The notes beneath the pieces were generated by a model. That model did no database searches, was not told the origin of the DNA, and saw only the letters and a program-made list of their open reading frames with translations. DNA of 63,854 nt, counting the filler, from Thelocarpon superellum (Eukaryota): the NCBI GenBank assembly GCA_026025795.1. It is 10 parts of 10 records of this genome, joined end to end, with 100 filler letters (N's around TTAATTAATTAA, not from the genome) between each part and the next. Parts side by side here need not be neighbours in the genome. Positions count along the whole stretch, not along the records: positions 60,416 to 63,854 come from JAPEUG010000784.1; 9 more parts are not named here. The stretch is one strand, 5' to 3'. The position numbers and the translations under genes are program-made. Shown here piece by piece: positions 60,784-63,854 of the stretch; positions within the stretch are counted from its first letter, which is position 1; every line of letters starts with the position of its first letter.

Positions 60784-62969
60784 TCATTCCAGACTCCGCG
60801 GGGGAGGAAACAGGACGCCTTCCAGCCCCCTACCGAGCTGGACTCGAGGAATGCCGTAGTTTGCGTCGGCACCGAGGCGCGTAAATTCAAAGCTCCGAGC
60901 CGCGTCGTCGACGCCAAGCATTGCCAGGAGCTCGGCAGCTTTCGTAGGCATGTATGGCTGTAGTAGGATGGCGACGATGCGGAGTGTTTCTGTCGCTAGG
61001 TAGATCGTTTGGTGTAGCTGAAGCTGGAGTTGCTTCTGCTTCTGCTTGGTGCTGGCGCGGGCGCGGGCGTCATCTCCGGCTTCGGCTTGGGCTCCGATTT
61101 TCCACGGTTGCATTTGTCCGAGGTATTTGTTTGTCTGTTCATCCGTCTCTTAGCTTGTGGTAGTAGAGGGGGAGAGGAAAGGGTCAGCGGCGAAAAAGAG
61201 GGCATGAGTACCTCCGGGATCATCTCAATGATCAACTTTAATGCGGCACCGGGGTCGAGCTCTTGGAATTTCCGATCCACTCGTTCGGCCAGGCTCGACA
61301 GTGCCTGTCGGTGCGCAGCGCTGGCTGGCATGTCGGAGGGAAGATCGCCGTTGGTGCCCGCTAAGATCGCTTCTCGCACGTTCCACTTCTTGCTACGCAG
61401 GATACGGCTGGACAGACCACCTAGTCCTCGATGGAGATCCACTTTATACCGCTCGATGATGAATTCATTGCCGTAGTCGGCGTCGTCGCTGATTCCGCCG
61501 TCGTGCGCAAGATAATATCGCATTGTGTCGACCTCGAAACGGTCAATCGCGAAGAAGGGGTTTACGACGTTGCCGGTCGATTTGGCCATCTTTTGATGTC
61601 CTAGCGTCCAGTGCGCATGCGTCAGGATCTGCCGCGGTGGTGGAAGGTCCAGAGCGAGGAGAAAAGCAGGCCAGTAGATGCAGTGGAATCTAGGGGCGCG
61701 ATCAGCGATGCTGAAGGACGACTTCTGACGGGACTGACCGGATAATGTCCTTCCCAACTACCTGGCAGTCTGCAGGCCAGCCCTTGGTGCTTTCTTGGCC
61801 CGGCGTCCATGGATAACCTGCCTTGGTGATGTAATTCACCAAAGCATCGAGCCACACATAGATGGTCTGGCTGTCATCCCCCGGCACACGGATCCCCCAC
61901 GACAATCGCTCCACTGGCCGTGAAATCGAGAGATCGTCCAGTCCCGATGATACGGTCCTGATCACATCATTCATTCTTGTTGCAGGAACGACAAAGTTCG
62001 GGTTGTGCGCGTAGAAGTTCAGGAGGCGATCTTTGAGGGCCGAGAGCCGAAAATGGTAATTTGACTCTGATGTCCATTCGACCTCCTTTCCGGTCTCAAT
62101 TGAGGTCTGTATGACTAGTTTTAGCTTGGCCGAATCACGGCAACGTTATGTGCCATACCATCATCTTGCGGCCCGTTCTGGGATCGAGGATCAAGTGGAC
62201 CGCCGATTTCGGATAAAATGTCTCGTCACTGACAGAGTACCATCCCTCATGTTTTGACGGATAGATGTAGCCGCGTTCTTGCAGCACGGCCTTGTCTCCG
62301 TTAGCCCGGCCATGGCGAACCCTTTGGCGTCGGCCATGCTCACCCAGGCGTATTCCACGGCCTCTTTGTGGTCTGGATCGGTCGTTCGAACGAAAAGATC
62401 ATTAGATATGTGAGCTCGCTCAGCCAGGGTCTACCAGGCGTTAGTAGACATAAGGAAGCTATTGGTGTCGAGCATACCTTGAAAAGCTTAGCTCCCTGAT
62501 CACAAAATGGTCGAGAATCCAGGCCGGCTTTCACCGCGGCCTGCTGGACCTGAAAATGGGACACGTCAGTCAATCATATGCCAGCATGACCTTGTATATC
62601 TAACCTTCATGCCATGCTCATCCGTACCCGTCGATAAGATGGCCCGGCTGCCCTTCAGCTCTTGCCATCGTTTGATGATGTCGGCCAGGACCATGGAGTA
62701 GAGGTGTCCGACATGTGGAGCTATGACGCCGTTAGTATCACCTGTTTAGTGTCCAGGGAAGACTTCGTGGAGCTACACCTACCAGCGTTGACATAGAATA
62801 TCGGAGTTGTGATGTAGTAAGGCTTCTTCGAGCTCACTGCGGTCGAGCTGGCTCGCCTCCCATGCAATGAAGCCTTTGGTCGACGGCATGATGGACAGAC
62901 CCACCCAGGTTGGGGGGAGCGAGAGACGGTGCGGAGCTGCGAAAGCTGTTCCACCAAGCTTCTCCGCAT
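60784..62969 (-). CDS. MSM1: Mitochondrial methionyl-tRNA synthetase
   Basis: Presequence, then YYITTPIFYVNA|APHVGHLYS, TGTDEHG, DLSISRP..WGI, IYVWLDALVNY, GKDIIR|FHCIYWPAFL and KMAKS; multi-exon. Confidence 0.96.
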
Positions 62970-63458
62970 ATCGAATCACCTGTAAACTAGGACACGGTCT
63001 AATTGACTGCAGATTCATCTGGCACCTGGCGCTGTCAAGACGTGCTGTCAAGAGCTTCTATGAGCACTACCATAGGTTGGACCAGGCCAAGGATATTACG
63101 GCTCGGAGTCCATGCCAGGTCCGCAGGCCAACGTCGACCATGGCATACGCTAACCCATCGCTTGCCAGGCGCTTGGTCCACCTTTGGTGCTGTAACCCGG
63201 CCCATTTCTGCACTACCCCGGCAGTGGACTGCCGTAGCTCCTCCGACACTGCTACGCAGCGACGCAGCGTCAGCTATTGCAAAGTGTCCACCATGGGACT
63301 AACATAAGGCGACGCTCTTCATATTCTGGATCATTCTACCCCTACCCCTTGCAACGAAAGTGCACTCACGAGTTACTAGAGAGGCCTGAGCTTGCGTCCG
63401 AGAATCTCCGTTCGATGAAATCCTCATAGGCCAAGAGCTCGCTCGGCGTGGGCAGGAG

Positions 63459-63854
63459 ATGGATCACGATAATCCAATCGAATCATCCAGCCATGGGGAC
63501 GGGGAGGTGGAGACTCAACCGAGCAAAGCAGACGCGCGTCCGTCGAAGTTGCTCAACACCTCCGGCAGCGCAGGCCCGAAGCAAGACGAGGAAAATAAAT
63601 TCCAAAGAGCCATATCAGCATGGAGAAGTCCGCGTCCCCCACGACCATGGGTGATCAACTTGGCTGACCCCTCGTCTATCTAGACATCGACCTGGGCACT
63701 GTCATTCCTACCTACGATACCACCGCTGTCGACATTGTCTCCCACCAACGAGAGTCACTGGTGCAGCGAAAAGATCTGGCGCAGAAGACCAAGGAGTTTC
63801 GAAAGCTCGATGATACGGACAAACTAGCTGAGATCAAGGGGTTGCTGAAAGGTA
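63459..63854 (+). CDS. COY1: Golgi coiled-coil protein Coy1/CASP, 5' fragment
   Basis: ENKFQRAISAWR|xIDL and QRESLVQRKDLAQKTKEFRKLDD. Divergent from MSM1; cut by the window end. Confidence 0.9.

Overview
Eukaryotic DNA from a GC-rich filamentous ascomycete (Pezizomycotina-type genes, mostly short GT-AG introns, TTAGGG telomere). It is not one locus: ten unrelated contigs (nine of 6.55-6.64 kb in decreasing length, the last cut by the window) are joined by an artificial 100-nt spacer (N44-TTAATTAATTAA-N44), so gene adjacency across spacers means nothing. I can support 24 protein-coding genes or fragments. Named genes: SAR1, SKI8, MRPL32, CDC10, RAM1, STE50, ARO80, VIP1, MSM1 and COY1. Others: an arginyl-tRNA synthetase fragment, a DHA1 MFS transporter, two F-box-like proteins, a dsRBD-like protein, a GPI cell-wall protein and several conserved hypothetical proteins. 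One contig starts with a telomere. I found no supportable tRNA, rRNA, CRISPR or transposon, and no clear multi-gene novel system. The best leads are: a secreted class III GH18 chitinase whose catalytic and substrate-binding residues are replaced (probable pseudoenzyme); a telomere only about 720 bp from an intact gene, with inverted telomeric repeats beside it; a recurring intergenic GTAC-N2-3-GTAC motif; uORF-rich leaders; a duplicated hairpin; and a metallothionein-like Cys cluster on Vip1. Family assignments come from motif recognition, not from database searches.
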